A stretch of 64,000 nt of DNA from an uncultured delta proteobacterium (GTDB taxonomy: Bacteria; Desulfobacterota; Desulfomonilia; UBA1062), in contig CAWAUM010000012.1 in NCBI GenBank assembly GCA_963785235.1, positions 96,001 through 160,000 on the forward strand, read 5' to 3'. The position numbers were made by a program, and so were the translations under genes. The notes under the pieces were generated by a model. That model did not search any database. It saw nothing but the letters and a program-made list of their open reading frames with translations, and was not told the DNA's origin. Within the stretch, counting starts at the first letter, position 1. Each line of letters begins with the position of its first letter. Positions 1 to 10,054 of this stretch are shown here, one piece after another.

Positions 1-1318
1 GGATTTCCGCAATGCCATCATCAATGTAGCCAACAAGAATATCCCTGCAGTCGTGCATATCGAGGTGATGCAAAGGCAGGAGATCGCAAATCCGCTCTCC
101 CCGTTTGAGAGCGACCCGTTCTTCAGGAGGTTCTTTGATTTCCCCCAAGGCCCCAGAAAATTCAAACGCGAGCTGAAAGGCATCGGCACGGGCATGATCA
201 TCAACCAAGACGGCTACATCCTCACCAATAACCATGTCGTGGCCGGTGCGACCCAGATACAGGTAATCCTCTCCAATGAAAGCCAGTACCAGGCCAAGGT
301 CATCGGCACCGATCCCAAGACGGACCTTGCCGTTATTAAGGTGTCCACAAAGGAAAGGCTCCCCTATGTCACCTTCGGTGATTCTGACAAGGTCCAGGTA
401 GGGGAATGGGTTGTGGCCATCGGCCACCCGCGGGGTCTTGACCAGACCGTGACCCAGGGCATCATAAGCGCCAAGCACAGACAGGGAATAAGCGACCCAA
501 GCACATACCAGGACTTCCTCCAGACCGATGCAGCCATAAACCCGGGCAACTCAGGCGGCCCGCTGCTCAACCTGGACGGCCAGGTCATCGGGGTGAATGC
601 CATCATCGCTTCACAGTCAGGCGGCTCTGAAGGGCTTGGCTTTGCCATACCCAGCAACATGGCCCTGCATATAGCAAAGTCCCTGATGGGAACAGGCAAG
701 GTCCAGCGGGGCTGGCTTGGGATATCACTCCAGGATATCTCCTTTGATAAGATGAAATCCCTCAAGCTCGCTGCACCTAAAGGGGCTTACGTCATGGATG
801 TGGTCAAGGAAGGCCCTGCCGCCAAGGCCGGAATAAAGCCGGGCGACGTGATCCTGACCCTGGATGGGAAGGCCATTGCAGATTCCGGCGAATTGAGAAA
901 CCTGGTGGCAGGAATCTCTATAGGCAAAGAGGTGAACCTCGGCATCATGCGCGATGGGAAGATGCTCACCATTGCAGTAAAGGTCGGTAACCTCTCGGAT
1001 GCAGCGAAGATAATGGCCGTATCGCTCCGCGACAAGCTGGGGGTGGATGTGAGGCCGCTCAAAGACAATGAGCTATCCAAATACGGCCTCAATCAGGACC
1101 AGGGGGTAGCCATAAACTGGCTCGACCCCAAAGGGCCTCTGTCCAAGGCAGGTTTTGAGATAGATGACCTGATCCTAAAGATCAACGACCAGCCCATCGA
1201 CAGCGTGGAGAAATTCATATCCGTGGTGAATGCCCTTAAGCCCCGCCAGGGTATCACCATATTCGTTGTTGACCACCGGACCGGTCAGACCGGATATATT
1301 CAGGTTGAGGTCCGGTAG
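1..1318 (+). CDS. degP: HtrA/DegP (Do family) serine protease with 2 PDZ domains; 5' end lies outside the window
   Basis: TNNHV, DLAVIK and TDAAINPGNSGGPL triad motifs; two C-terminal PDZ domains; frame open to the window edge. Confidence 0.93.
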   Translation, partial: DFRNAIINVANKNIPAVVHIEVMQRQEIANPLSPFESDPFFRRFFDFPQGPRKFKRELKGIGTGMIINQDGYILTNNHVVAGATQIQVILSNESQYQAKVIGTDPKTDLAVIKVSTKERLPYVTFGDSDKVQVGEWVVAIGHPRGLDQTVTQGIISAKHRQGISDPSTYQDFLQTDAAINPGNSGGPLLNLDGQVIGVNAIIASQSGGSEGLGFAIPSNMALHIAKSLMGTGKVQRGWLGISLQDISFDKMKSLKLAAPKGAYVMDVVKEGPAAKAGIKPGDVILTLDGKAIADSGELRNLVAGISIGKEVNLGIMRDGKMLTIAVKVGNLSDAAKIMAVSLRDKLGVDVRPLKDNELSKYGLNQDQGVAINWLDPKGPLSKAGFEIDDLILKINDQPIDSVEKFISVVNALKPRQGITIFVVDHRTGQTGYIQVEVR

Positions 1319-1334
1319 GGTTTAACGGGAAACA

Positions 1335-1376
1335 GGCAAGAAAGGGGCGTGCCTGATGTGATGCCCCTTTCTTGTC
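1335..1376. terminator. Probable bidirectional intrinsic terminator
   Basis: CAAGAAAGGGGC...GCCCCTTTCTTG inverted repeat between convergent genes. Confidence 0.7.
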
Positions 1377-1416
1377 GCCTCTCTGAATTCCTGTTTACTG
1401 ATAAGCAAATGACAGG

Positions 1417-1518
1417 TTATCTGCCTTTTTTCTTTTCAAGTTTTGCCAGCTTCTTCTCTTTTACCGTCTTCTGCGGCTTTTTCTTCTCTTGTTTCTTGGT
1501 ATCCTGCGATTTGGACAT
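1417..1518 (-). CDS. 33-aa Lys-rich small protein (MSKSQDTKKQEKKKPQKTVKEKKLAKLEKKKGR)
   Basis: ATG with GGGAG RBS, clean ORF, ends before the terminator; below the ORF-track cutoff. Confidence 0.7.
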   Translation of the reverse strand: MSKSQDTKKQEKKKPQKTVKEKKLAKLEKKKGR

Positions 1519-1791
1519 ATTGTCTCCCTTTCCTCACAAACTCTTACTGTTATGATGTTATCATCTGCCACTACTCAATAACAATACCTACGATTATTCC
1601 CGGTTAAGGCCTCCTGAAAAATCTTATAACAATATTATCGATCCCTTCGATCTAATCAAGGATTAAAATGAACCTGGCCCATATCTTCTTTGTTAATTAC
1701 ATTCAAATTTATTTAAGCTACGATCAATACCGATAAGTTACTTGCATATTTGCTGAAAATATGGATTTTGAGCGATGTTGGAGAAGGGCTG

Positions 1792-2196
1792 ATGCGATAC
1801 TACAAGCAATTTCATAAGATAAAATATGTATATATCATTCCGCTTGTCCTTGGCGTGGTTTGCCTTTCCCTGGTTATTTCCCGGACAGGGCTTGATTCCG
1901 GAATAATACTTTTCTTATGCGGTGTCGTCTTCTTGATGGGCGGTTGGGTTATACGCAAAGGACATAGTCATTACCTTGAGATTAATGATGAAAAGATCAT
2001 ACACAGGGGATTCCGGAACTGGACCATCCGAAAATCAGATGTAACCCGCGTAGTGGGAGGCAGAAAAGGATGGTTTAATGACCATGAGCTCTATCTCACG
2101 ATAGTTGCAGACAAGGAAGAGTTTGTTGTTGATGACGGCTTCCTCTCGGATGAAGAACACATGAAGGAAATGGAAAGAGCTATCGGCTCCCATTAA
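1792..2196 (+). CDS. Hypothetical membrane protein (2 TM plus soluble domain)
   Basis: Two hydrophobic segments; ATG 1792 with GGAG upstream. Confidence 0.6.
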   Translation: MRYYKQFHKIKYVYIIPLVLGVVCLSLVISRTGLDSGIILFLCGVVFLMGGWVIRKGHSHYLEINDEKIIHRGFRNWTIRKSDVTRVVGGRKGWFNDHELYLTIVADKEEFVVDDGFLSDEEHMKEMERAIGSH

Positions 2197-3135
2197 TCAT
2201 TCCTGCTTATTCGGTACATCTCCACCCTTATTCTTGACATCTCCTTGACTGGCCGGGATATTTACTTCCTTGCTGATGGGGGCAACTTCCTTTGGCTGAT
2301 CCGCTGCAGGATCAAACCTTACCATAAGGATCCTGAAGTAACCCAATGTATGGCTGGTTTCGAACTTGAGCACATCCTTGAGCTCATCAGCAGAAACATA
2401 TATTTTCGAACTTGCGGGCTTCTTTTTTAATGCCTCTGCCCTTTTCTGCGGGTCAAGGTGTGTCACCTTCGGGACAATGACCCATGCCTTGCGTTTTTCA
2501 CCGTTGAAGTCGATAGTTACCAGGCTTTCACACCTGAGCCTCAGTTCATACTGGTATTTTCCCGGATAAACATCAAAGACCTTCTCCACCCCCACTTTCC
2601 AGTCAAGCCCCCGCACCAGATACGTTGCGGTAAACGGATCGATGGTAAATCTATCGGTATGGATCTTGCGCACATCATATGTGGCCGCATTACCATTTTC
2701 CGATTTTTTTTCTACGGTTCTTATTGACCCGTTATCCTGAAATTTTATTGTCAGGTCCTTTTCCTTGGATCTAACCTCTTGCTGCGTCTTCATCTCAACC
2801 GAAGACAGGGGATCGGTTCCCATAGTGGCTTCCCCCCTGTAACGAAGTCTGTACAGACTGTCTACCATACCGATGGACTGGGCATTGACCTGAACCTTAT
2901 ACAGTTCTCCATCACGATCAATTATGATCGTTGCATTCCCAATACTCACATTGTTAAAATTAACATTATAATAATATTTGCCCAACCGAGGCTTGAAATC
3001 AGGGTCTATAGGCAAAGAACGACTCTTGTTTTCGCCATTTGTTCCGAAGGCATTAACCGGGACAAACCATGTCCCACCCGCAATGAATAAAACTGCTAAG
3101 GCCAACATAAACAAATATGTATCAACTTTTCTCAT
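2197..3135 (-). CDS. Exported DUF3108-like protein
   Basis: Signal peptide; Y.v.f....G.A N-terminal pattern, DPFTATYLVR, beta-rich. Confidence 0.7.
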   Translation of the reverse strand: MRKVDTYLFMLALAVLFIAGGTWFVPVNAFGTNGENKSRSLPIDPDFKPRLGKYYYNVNFNNVSIGNATIIIDRDGELYKVQVNAQSIGMVDSLYRLRYRGEATMGTDPLSSVEMKTQQEVRSKEKDLTIKFQDNGSIRTVEKKSENGNAATYDVRKIHTDRFTIDPFTATYLVRGLDWKVGVEKVFDVYPGKYQYELRLRCESLVTIDFNGEKRKAWVIVPKVTHLDPQKRAEALKKKPASSKIYVSADELKDVLKFETSHTLGYFRILMVRFDPAADQPKEVAPISKEVNIPASQGDVKNKGGDVPNKQE

Positions 3136-3480
3136 CTTCTATCCGATTTTGTGATGTCGTAATGGTCAAACAAGTGACAACCAGTCATACCTTAAATAAG
3201 CAAGTATCATACCACGATACTTTTCCCTTGGGTATACCGAAACAGTCGCAGCTTTAGATCGGCATCTCACGGACATTCCTTCAGTCTATGCCTTCTCACC
3301 ATTCATTGCCTGCTATGGCAACAAAAACACATGTCCTTTCGGAAAAAGGGGCGCCCGGATAATATAAATGGACGTTTAAAGCCCCTGCCCTTTTCACACT
3401 AGTTTTACACGGGCTTATGGGGATTTGTGGTATGCAATCCCAACTACAAGTTCATGTAAGCGCCATGAGATAGGAGCACC

Positions 3481-4110
3481 ATGCATTACACCGTGTTTGA
3501 CACCCCTGTTATCAGGACAGTCCTCTACTGGATATCCCGGGCATACCTGAAGGCCTTCAATTGGCACTACGAAGGACAGATGCCCGATATCCCCAAGTGC
3601 GTCATGATTGCCGCACCCCACACCTCCAACTGGGATTTCCCCATCACCATGTTCCTGGCCTTCTCTTTGAAGATCAAGGTCTACTGGATGGGCAAAAGTT
3701 CGATCTTCAACAAACCTTTTGGGTCCCTCATGCGCTGGCTCGGCGGTATCCCCATCGACCGATCCAAGACGAATAACGTGGTGGCGAGTACTATTGATGT
3801 CTTTAACGCACATGACAAACTGGTCATCATTGTGCCCCCTGAGGGCACCCGGAACAAGGTGAGCTACTGGAAGACCGGATTTTACCACATTGCAGCAGGC
3901 GCAGATGTCCCCATTGTGCTGGGTTATGTCGACTATAATCGCAAGGCAGGCGGCATAGGACCTACCGTGATGCCTACAGGGGATATCGATGCCGACATGC
4001 AGGAGATCCGCTCCTTCTATACCGGGATAACGGGCAAGCACCCTGAAAAGTCCAGCCTGGCCGCTATCGCCCCATCTCAGACTGAGCAGCTATACAAGAA
4101 GACGGGTTGA
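3481..4110 (+). CDS. 1-acyl-sn-glycerol-3-phosphate (lysophospholipid) acyltransferase family
   Basis: PHTSNWD (HX4D) and PEGTR motifs. Confidence 0.9.
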   Translation: MHYTVFDTPVIRTVLYWISRAYLKAFNWHYEGQMPDIPKCVMIAAPHTSNWDFPITMFLAFSLKIKVYWMGKSSIFNKPFGSLMRWLGGIPIDRSKTNNVVASTIDVFNAHDKLVIIVPPEGTRNKVSYWKTGFYHIAAGADVPIVLGYVDYNRKAGGIGPTVMPTGDIDADMQEIRSFYTGITGKHPEKSSLAAIAPSQTEQLYKKTG

Positions 4111-4220
4111 TCACACATACTGTAGCATTACAGGAACCCTTTCCTGGTGCACCGCTGGATAACTCGCCCGGGAGCGGTTTATAACCCAGGTTGTGCGTTT
4201 AAAAAGAGTAAAAAAATTGG

Positions 4221-4271
4221 CCTGTTAAAAACATGCATCTTGGTGAAACCAAGATGCATGTTTTTAACAGG
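4221..4271. repeat. Perfect 24-bp-arm palindrome, short member of the intergenic hairpin family
   Basis: CCTGTTAAAAACATGCATCTTGGT-GAA-ACCAAGATGCATGTTTTTAACAGG. Confidence 0.85.
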
Positions 4272-4368
4272 TAAGGTTTTTTCTCCAGTCGCATAGTCCT
4301 CAGGAATTTATACTGCAGTCTTATCCTTGGTTCACTCAACTAACCGGATATGAACAATAAATTATTTC

Positions 4369-4406
4369 TTGACACAAAATAACGCTTGTTATATAACACC
4401 TGTTAT
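4369..4406 (+). promoter_or_regulatory. Sigma70 promoter overlapped by two tandem ATAAC-N4-GTTAT operators (likely TetR autoregulation)
   Basis: TTGACA 4369, N17, TATAAC 4392; palindromes at 4379-4392 and 4393-4406. Confidence 0.7.
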
Positions 4407-4419
4407 TAAGGATGTTCTC

Positions 4420-5028
4420 ATGCCGGAAAAGAGATTCAGCACAGCAGATATCATTGAAGCGGCCTTTAACGTGATCCGCAAACAAGGATGGGACAAATGT
4501 ACTGCCCGGGCAATCGCCCAGAATATCGGGGCTTCCACCATGCCCATCTACTCCGGCCTGAAATCCATGAAAAACCTCCAAGACGAGATCGCCAAAAGGG
4601 CCAGTGATGTGCTCATCACCTATCAGACCAAGAAATGGTCAGGGTTCGGTTTTCTCGATATGGGGGTGGGCTATGTGATGTTCGCCCAGGAGGAGAAGGA
4701 ACTCTTCAGGATGATGTACTACAAGGAGCCCGGCCAGGAGGATGACCGGGAAAGACAGAAGAAATACCGCGGGTATGTATTCGAAGTCCTTATGGACAGG
4801 CTCGAACATGAAGAGATCATGACCGGGCTGTCCACAGAACAGCGGAAAGAGGTGCTGAACAAGATGTGGGTATTTTCCCATGGCTTGGCCATGCTCATTA
4901 ATAATAACGTCATAGACCCCATGACTGAACAGGAAATCACCCATTTTCTCATGGATACGGGGGGCCTGATCATAACCGGGGAAAGGGCAAGGTCGCCTGA
5001 AAAGAAAAAAAAGGAGGCACAACGATGA
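4420..5028 (+). CDS. TetR/AcrR family transcriptional regulator
   Basis: N-terminal HTH TARAIAQNIGASTMPIYS; W..SHG C-terminal motif. Confidence 0.88.
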   Translation: MPEKRFSTADIIEAAFNVIRKQGWDKCTARAIAQNIGASTMPIYSGLKSMKNLQDEIAKRASDVLITYQTKKWSGFGFLDMGVGYVMFAQEEKELFRMMYYKEPGQEDDRERQKKYRGYVFEVLMDRLEHEEIMTGLSTEQRKEVLNKMWVFSHGLAMLINNNVIDPMTEQEITHFLMDTGGLIITGERARSPEKKKKEAQR

Positions 5029-6116
5029 GTTCACCAGATAAAGTCTATAAAAGATTAGCCAGGGTCCTTGATACCCTGCCCAACGGCTTCCCCGCCACGG
5101 ATAACGGCGTGGAGATCACCTTGCTGAAAAAGATTTTCCTGCCTGAAGAGGCTGACCTCTTCTGCGATATGCGCCTGACCTTCGAGACTGCCGAACAGGT
5201 GGCCCGGCGCACGGGGCGTCCCCTGGAAGGCCTTCTGGGGCGATTGATCACCATGGGCCAGCATGGCCAGCTCTTTGCTCTCCCCTTCGGGGATACCTGG
5301 TATTTCAAAATGCTGCCCTTTGTATTCGGCATCTTCGAATTCCAGCTCGGACGCATGGACAAGGAGATGGCTGAACTGTCTGAACAGTATATGCACGTCT
5401 ACGGCATGCAGTTTTTTACAAACAAACCCCAGCTCATGCAGGTACTTCCCATTGAAGAGACGATCTCCTCGGCCCAGGAGGCCCTTCCCTATGAGAAGGT
5501 CTCGGCACTCATCGAGAAAAGCCGCTCGTTCATGGTAAACGAATGCATCTGCAAGAAAGAGCACGCCTTGCTGGGTAAGCCGTGCGACAGGCCTACCGAG
5601 GTCTGCCTGGCCATGGCGCCGGTGCCCGGGGTGTTCGACAAGTCCCCCATAGGCCGCGTGATCACCAAGGATGAGGCGTATGAGTTGCTGAAAAAGACGG
5701 AAGAGGCCGGTCTCGTACACATGACCAACAACTTTCAGAACGGCCAGTTCTTTATCTGCAACTGCTGCAAATGCTGCTGCGGGCCGCTGATGTCAATCAA
5801 CGAACTGGGTATACCGGCATGGGATGCGGTAAACTCACACCATTATGCGGTTATTGATCCGGACACATGTATTGCCTGCGGCATCTGCGCCCTGGAGCGC
5901 TGCCAGGTGGGGGCCATCGAGGAAGGTGACCAGGCATACCGGATCACACCGGAAAAGTGCATCGGCTGCGGTCTGTGCATCAGCACCTGCCCGGTGGAGG
6001 CCATCAGCCTGGTACGGAAAGATCCCGACAAGATCGTACCTCCGCCCATAACCGAAGAGGCCTGGTTCGATGAGCGCGGCAAGCTGCGCGGGGTTGACTT
6101 TACGCCTTATAAATAA
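5025..6116 (+). CDS. 4Fe-4S dicluster-binding protein with N-terminal helical domain
   Basis: CIACGIC..RC and CIGCGLCISTCP ferredoxin motifs; CNCCKCCC cluster; ATGA overlap with tetR. Confidence 0.88.
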   Translation: MSSPDKVYKRLARVLDTLPNGFPATDNGVEITLLKKIFLPEEADLFCDMRLTFETAEQVARRTGRPLEGLLGRLITMGQHGQLFALPFGDTWYFKMLPFVFGIFEFQLGRMDKEMAELSEQYMHVYGMQFFTNKPQLMQVLPIEETISSAQEALPYEKVSALIEKSRSFMVNECICKKEHALLGKPCDRPTEVCLAMAPVPGVFDKSPIGRVITKDEAYELLKKTEEAGLVHMTNNFQNGQFFICNCCKCCCGPLMSINELGIPAWDAVNSHHYAVIDPDTCIACGICALERCQVGAIEEGDQAYRITPEKCIGCGLCISTCPVEAISLVRKDPDKIVPPPITEEAWFDERGKLRGVDFTPYK

Positions 6117-6158
6117 AATTGTTCATCGTGTTGGATGAGAAGGGATCCTCTCCCCTTA

Positions 6159-6247
6159 TGTCATTCCCGCGGACAAGGTCCCCAGAGGGGAAGCGGGAAT
6201 CCAGGTATTTTGAGCAATACTGGACCCCCGCTTTCGCGGGGGTGACA
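6159..6247. repeat. REP/RPE-like palindromic element (GTCATTCCCGC...GCGGGAATCC...CCCGCTTTCGCGGGGGTGAC)
   Basis: Recognisable double-hairpin repeat between convergent genes. Confidence 0.75.
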
Positions 6248-6278
6248 CTCATGGAAATTATGGAATTGTTTTTTAATC

Positions 6279-6367
6279 GGTCCGTTCAAAACCACCATCT
6301 TGCAGCCTTCAGGTCCGTCAGAATAAGCATAGAGCCCATGCTGCAAGATGGTGGTTTTGAACGGATC
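6279..6367 (-). repeat. About 90-bp hairpin repeat family copy (reverse orientation)
   Basis: 26-bp perfect arms TCCGTTCAAAACCACCATCTTGCAGC at 6281-6306 and 6340-6365. Confidence 0.85.
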
Positions 6368-6402
6368 AGGTTTTTACCGCCTCGTAAAAGCACCCTCTGC
6401 GC

Positions 6403-7071
6403 CTAATCCAGCACATAGCGAAAATGCCCCGTGATCTTCAGCGGCTCGTTGCTTATATCTTCAGGTAACGGCCCGAACGGGTTCGCCTGCCTAACAGCTG
6501 TTATTGTGGCCTTATCAAGGATGCGGGAACCGGAGCCCTTGAGAACGCCTATATCCATGAGCTCCCCTTTGCTGTTCAATACGAACGAGATGCTTACATC
6601 ACCTTGTTGCCCGATCGCAATGGCTTCCTCGGGATATTTCCACATGAGAAATATCTTGGTCTTGAGACGGTCCAGGTAACTCACGGCCACCTTGCGGTCA
6701 GTCACAAAACTCATTGCCTCCTCAGCCTTAGCTTCGGGCTTTTCAACCTCATTATTGGTTTGCAAAGAGGCTTCCTGGCTGACATCCTTTCGCGTCTGTA
6801 CTTTGGCAGGGTCCTGCACCTGTGCAGAACCATTATCCTGAGCAGCCAACCCGACAAGATTGACCTCAAGAACATCATCCTTGGGGGCTAGTGGATGAAA
6901 GGGGAAGATCATGATCGCAAAAAGTATTATCAAAGCGAAGGCATGCATGAGGGCTGAGACCGCAAAACAGGAAACCGGTCGCCATGTCATGGTAGTATCA
7001 AAAACAGTACCCCTTGTACCTGTCAAGCTGGAACTTCTCAGATAAGTCTTATGAGGAACCGGCCTGGTCAC
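6403..7071 (-). CDS. TonB family protein (true start possibly 6990)
   Basis: N-terminal TM with SALMH; C-terminal YPEEA..G..G and SGSRILDKA TonB_C pattern. Confidence 0.85.
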   Translation of the reverse strand: MTRPVPHKTYLRSSSLTGTRGTVFDTTMTWRPVSCFAVSALMHAFALIILFAIMIFPFHPLAPKDDVLEVNLVGLAAQDNGSAQVQDPAKVQTRKDVSQEASLQTNNEVEKPEAKAEEAMSFVTDRKVAVSYLDRLKTKIFLMWKYPEEAIAIGQQGDVSISFVLNSKGELMDIGVLKGSGSRILDKATITAVRQANPFGPLPEDISNEPLKITGHFRYVLD

Positions 7072-7708
7072 AAATTATCCTGTCCACGAACTCATCAAGG
7101 CTCCCAAGCGAATCGTGAAGACGGGGGCCCTTTCCCCTCCAGACATGAAATGCCTTTACTCCGGCCTCCCTGGGGACCTCACAGTCAAAGAGGATATGGT
7201 CTCCCACATGGACTATCTCTCTATTGACATATGACTTCAGGCGCATAAAGGCTTCACCTTGAGACTTCACCATACCCCAGTCATCAGGCAGGGATACGAT
7301 GGTGTCGAAATAGCCTTCAAGAGAGCAGTGATGTACCTCTTTGTCCAGAAAGGGTCTTGGTGCGTTGGAGAACAGTACCAGCGGATAGCCTTTGTCCTTG
7401 AAGTAAGTAACTGCCCGTAAGGCATCCTCGAAGATCTTGATACGGGGGATGAAACCTTTAATGAGCTCTTCTTCGTCTACATGGCTTAAACCGAAGTAGT
7501 CAAGCCAGTGGGAAAGCTGGTACCACCGGATGGATGCCTCTCCAACGCTGCGGTAGGCATCCATACATAACTGGGCTGCCTCTTCCTGGGCAATGCCACG
7601 GCTTGCGCCCACAAGCCTCGGCAGACCCTCGTTCCAGACACCATCCACAAAAGCCAGGTCGGTCAGAGTCCCGTCAAGGTCAAAGGAAATGCTCAGTCCT
7701 CTTCCCAA
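7049..7708 (-). CDS. HAD-family hydrolase
   Basis: FDLDGTL motif I, SN motif II, HVGD motif IV. Confidence 0.9.
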   Translation of the reverse strand: MGRGLSISFDLDGTLTDLAFVDGVWNEGLPRLVGASRGIAQEEAAQLCMDAYRSVGEASIRWYQLSHWLDYFGLSHVDEEELIKGFIPRIKIFEDALRAVTYFKDKGYPLVLFSNAPRPFLDKEVHHCSLEGYFDTIVSLPDDWGMVKSQGEAFMRLKSYVNREIVHVGDHILFDCEVPREAGVKAFHVWRGKGPRLHDSLGSLDEFVDRIICDQAGSS

Positions 7709-9390
7709 ACCTCAACCCTGTCCTTCCATTTTGCTTTGGCTGCATACATTGCGCTGTCGGCCTTCCGGACAAGCTCAGCCTTATCCGGCTGGTTGCTTGT
7801 TATGGTCCCTACACCGATGCTTACCGTAACCTTGGCATTTACGGCCTGGCCATAGGAAAACGGTGTTGATCGTATAGTCTGGCATATCCTCTCGGCAGCT
7901 ATAACCGCCTGCTCGGTATTCGAGTTGGGCAAGATGACGGCAAACTCCTCGCCTCCATAACGCGCCAGTATGTCGATAGTACGGATCGATCCCTTTAACA
8001 GCGCTGCAATCTGTTTGAGCACCATGTCTCCGCACTGGTGGCCATAGCTGTCATTGAAGCGCTTGAAATCGTCGATGTCAAGGATCAGCAGGGACAGCAC
8101 GGCGTCCTTCTGCCTGGTTACCCGCTCGACCTCTTCAGTGAGACGGTCCTGGAAATGACGGTGGTTGTAGACCTCGGTGAGCCCGTCGGTAATGGAAAGC
8201 TGGTTGAGCTTTTCATTGAGGGACTTGAGGTCTTCCGAGGCCTTGTTGAGCTCGCCGGCACGGGCCTCAAGGGCATCCTTCACCTCGGCCATATCCCACA
8301 GGGTGCGCTCCATCTCTGAGTTTTTTTCCAGCAGTTCCAGCTCAAGGGCCTTTTTGTCCGTCACGTCATTGAGCATCATCAGTGCCTTGGCGGGATGTCC
8401 TCTTCTGAAGAGCACCTGGGCATTATATTCAATGTGCACGGCCTGGCCGCTGGAAGTATTGATGACGCATTCGCGTTTCTTGATCTCGGAGCCGTTAATG
8501 AAGAGCTTGCTGAAATCACCCCTGAGAACCTCGGCCTGATCCTCGGTAACGAACTTGGTGAAAAGGCTCCCATTGATTTGATCCTTCGGGTATCCCATGA
8601 TTGAAGCAACATAATCGTTGCAATCGATGATCTTGCCCCTTGGGCTGATGTAAAGAATGCCGGTGGGTGACTTGTCGAACAGCTCGGAGTATTTCTGCTG
8701 ATCTTCCTTCAATGAGCGCTTGAGCTTATTGTTCTCGGTTATGTCATTGAGGATTATCCAGATCAGCTGTCTGGACCCCCTTGCGAGCCAACCCCCTTTG
8801 GCCATAAAGTGAAGTCGTGTACTGCGCTCTGAAGTCAGCATGATCTCACAGACATCACCGGTCGCACCGTCATGATCATACCATCTCTGGCAAGCCCTGA
8901 TGAATTCAGGCCTGCTCTCTCTGGAGATAAGTTCAATAACCTTGGTGCCAAGCACCTGTTCATATTTAAGGCTTAACAGTGAGCAGAGAAAATCATTTGT
9001 ATAGACAACCTTCCCTTCATCAATAACGAGGCATCCCATAGAAGCAGTGGTGAACATGCGGACAAAGGTATCGCGATCGGCATATTCCATGACGGGTTTG
9101 TGTTTCGGCAACTCTTCACAAAAGGCGATCACCCGGCAGGTATCCAAAGGTATGGGCGTGCAGGTAAAGTTATACACTTGTGAGTTTGACGAGGTCAGGG
9201 AGATGGTACCGGGCACATGCTGCACGGCCGTAAAAAGCTCGGGTATTTCTTCCAGGTTCTTTTTGAGCTGCTCGCCAATGACGCCCAGCCTCTTTGCAAG
9301 GCCATCACTGACATAATCCACCTCCGTATCTTTTATCAGAACAAAATACGGAGAGAGGATAGCCTCAAATTGTGCTATATCAACGTCCAT
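7693..9390 (-). CDS. PAS-PAS diguanylate cyclase
   Basis: Two PAS domains, coiled coil, DGLT, RTID I-site, GGEEF. Confidence 0.93.
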   Translation of the reverse strand: MDVDIAQFEAILSPYFVLIKDTEVDYVSDGLAKRLGVIGEQLKKNLEEIPELFTAVQHVPGTISLTSSNSQVYNFTCTPIPLDTCRVIAFCEELPKHKPVMEYADRDTFVRMFTTASMGCLVIDEGKVVYTNDFLCSLLSLKYEQVLGTKVIELISRESRPEFIRACQRWYDHDGATGDVCEIMLTSERSTRLHFMAKGGWLARGSRQLIWIILNDITENNKLKRSLKEDQQKYSELFDKSPTGILYISPRGKIIDCNDYVASIMGYPKDQINGSLFTKFVTEDQAEVLRGDFSKLFINGSEIKKRECVINTSSGQAVHIEYNAQVLFRRGHPAKALMMLNDVTDKKALELELLEKNSEMERTLWDMAEVKDALEARAGELNKASEDLKSLNEKLNQLSITDGLTEVYNHRHFQDRLTEEVERVTRQKDAVLSLLILDIDDFKRFNDSYGHQCGDMVLKQIAALLKGSIRTIDILARYGGEEFAVILPNSNTEQAVIAAERICQTIRSTPFSYGQAVNAKVTVSIGVGTITSNQPDKAELVRKADSAMYAAKAKWKDRVEVWEED

Positions 9391-10053
9391 ACCTTATGTG
9401 CGTCCTCGGCAACCTCCCGGGAAAGATGCATGTCGGACAACACCTGCTCGATCTCGTGCCGTGCAATCTCAATGTCCATGGCATCCTGCAATATCCTGAT
9501 AATGTCCTCCACACTCGCCCCACCCGTGAGCTGGAGCACCTTTTCCGTGAACGAGAGGAGGTCCTCATGCTTTGTCCAGGGGAACATGACCCACCGCCAC
9601 TCACCCATGGTCTTGGAGCAGAAGTCAGCTTTCAGGCGTGAATCCGACTTACTCACCAGGACAGCCGTACGGATGTCTTTAACCCGCGGCGCGAGGTATG
9701 AAACTACCGCCTCCAGGGTTCCACCTTCATCGGATACATCGTCGACTACCAGCACACGCTTGAGTGTTAGATCAACATCCGGCAGCGGGAAGACTGATCT
9801 TGGCCTCTTCGCTCAAAGATGCCTCACCCTCCCAATGTCCCATCTGAAAGGTGCAGATATATTTCTTCTGAAGAAAATCCATCAGGATACGGGCTGGGGC
9901 AAGCCCACCCCTGGCCACACCGATAATTACATCCGGATCATAACCCTGACCCTTCATGTCGAGAAAGACCTTCCAGAGAAGATCCTCCACTTCCTCCCAG
10001 GACAGTCTGATGGCCTGGGGAAAATGCTTATTGAATTCGTTTTGATTATTCAT
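9375..10053 (-). CDS. Phosphoribosyltransferase (xanthine/hypoxanthine PRT-like); frameshift near 9775
   Basis: GVARGG and LVVDDVSDEGGTL motifs split over ORFs 9772-10131 and 9375-9755. Confidence 0.8.
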
Positions 10054-10054
10054 T

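Noticed and set aside
6119-6406. 95-aa ORF containing SFPR...WTPAFAGVT
   Set aside because: Translation of the palindromic repeats, not a gene
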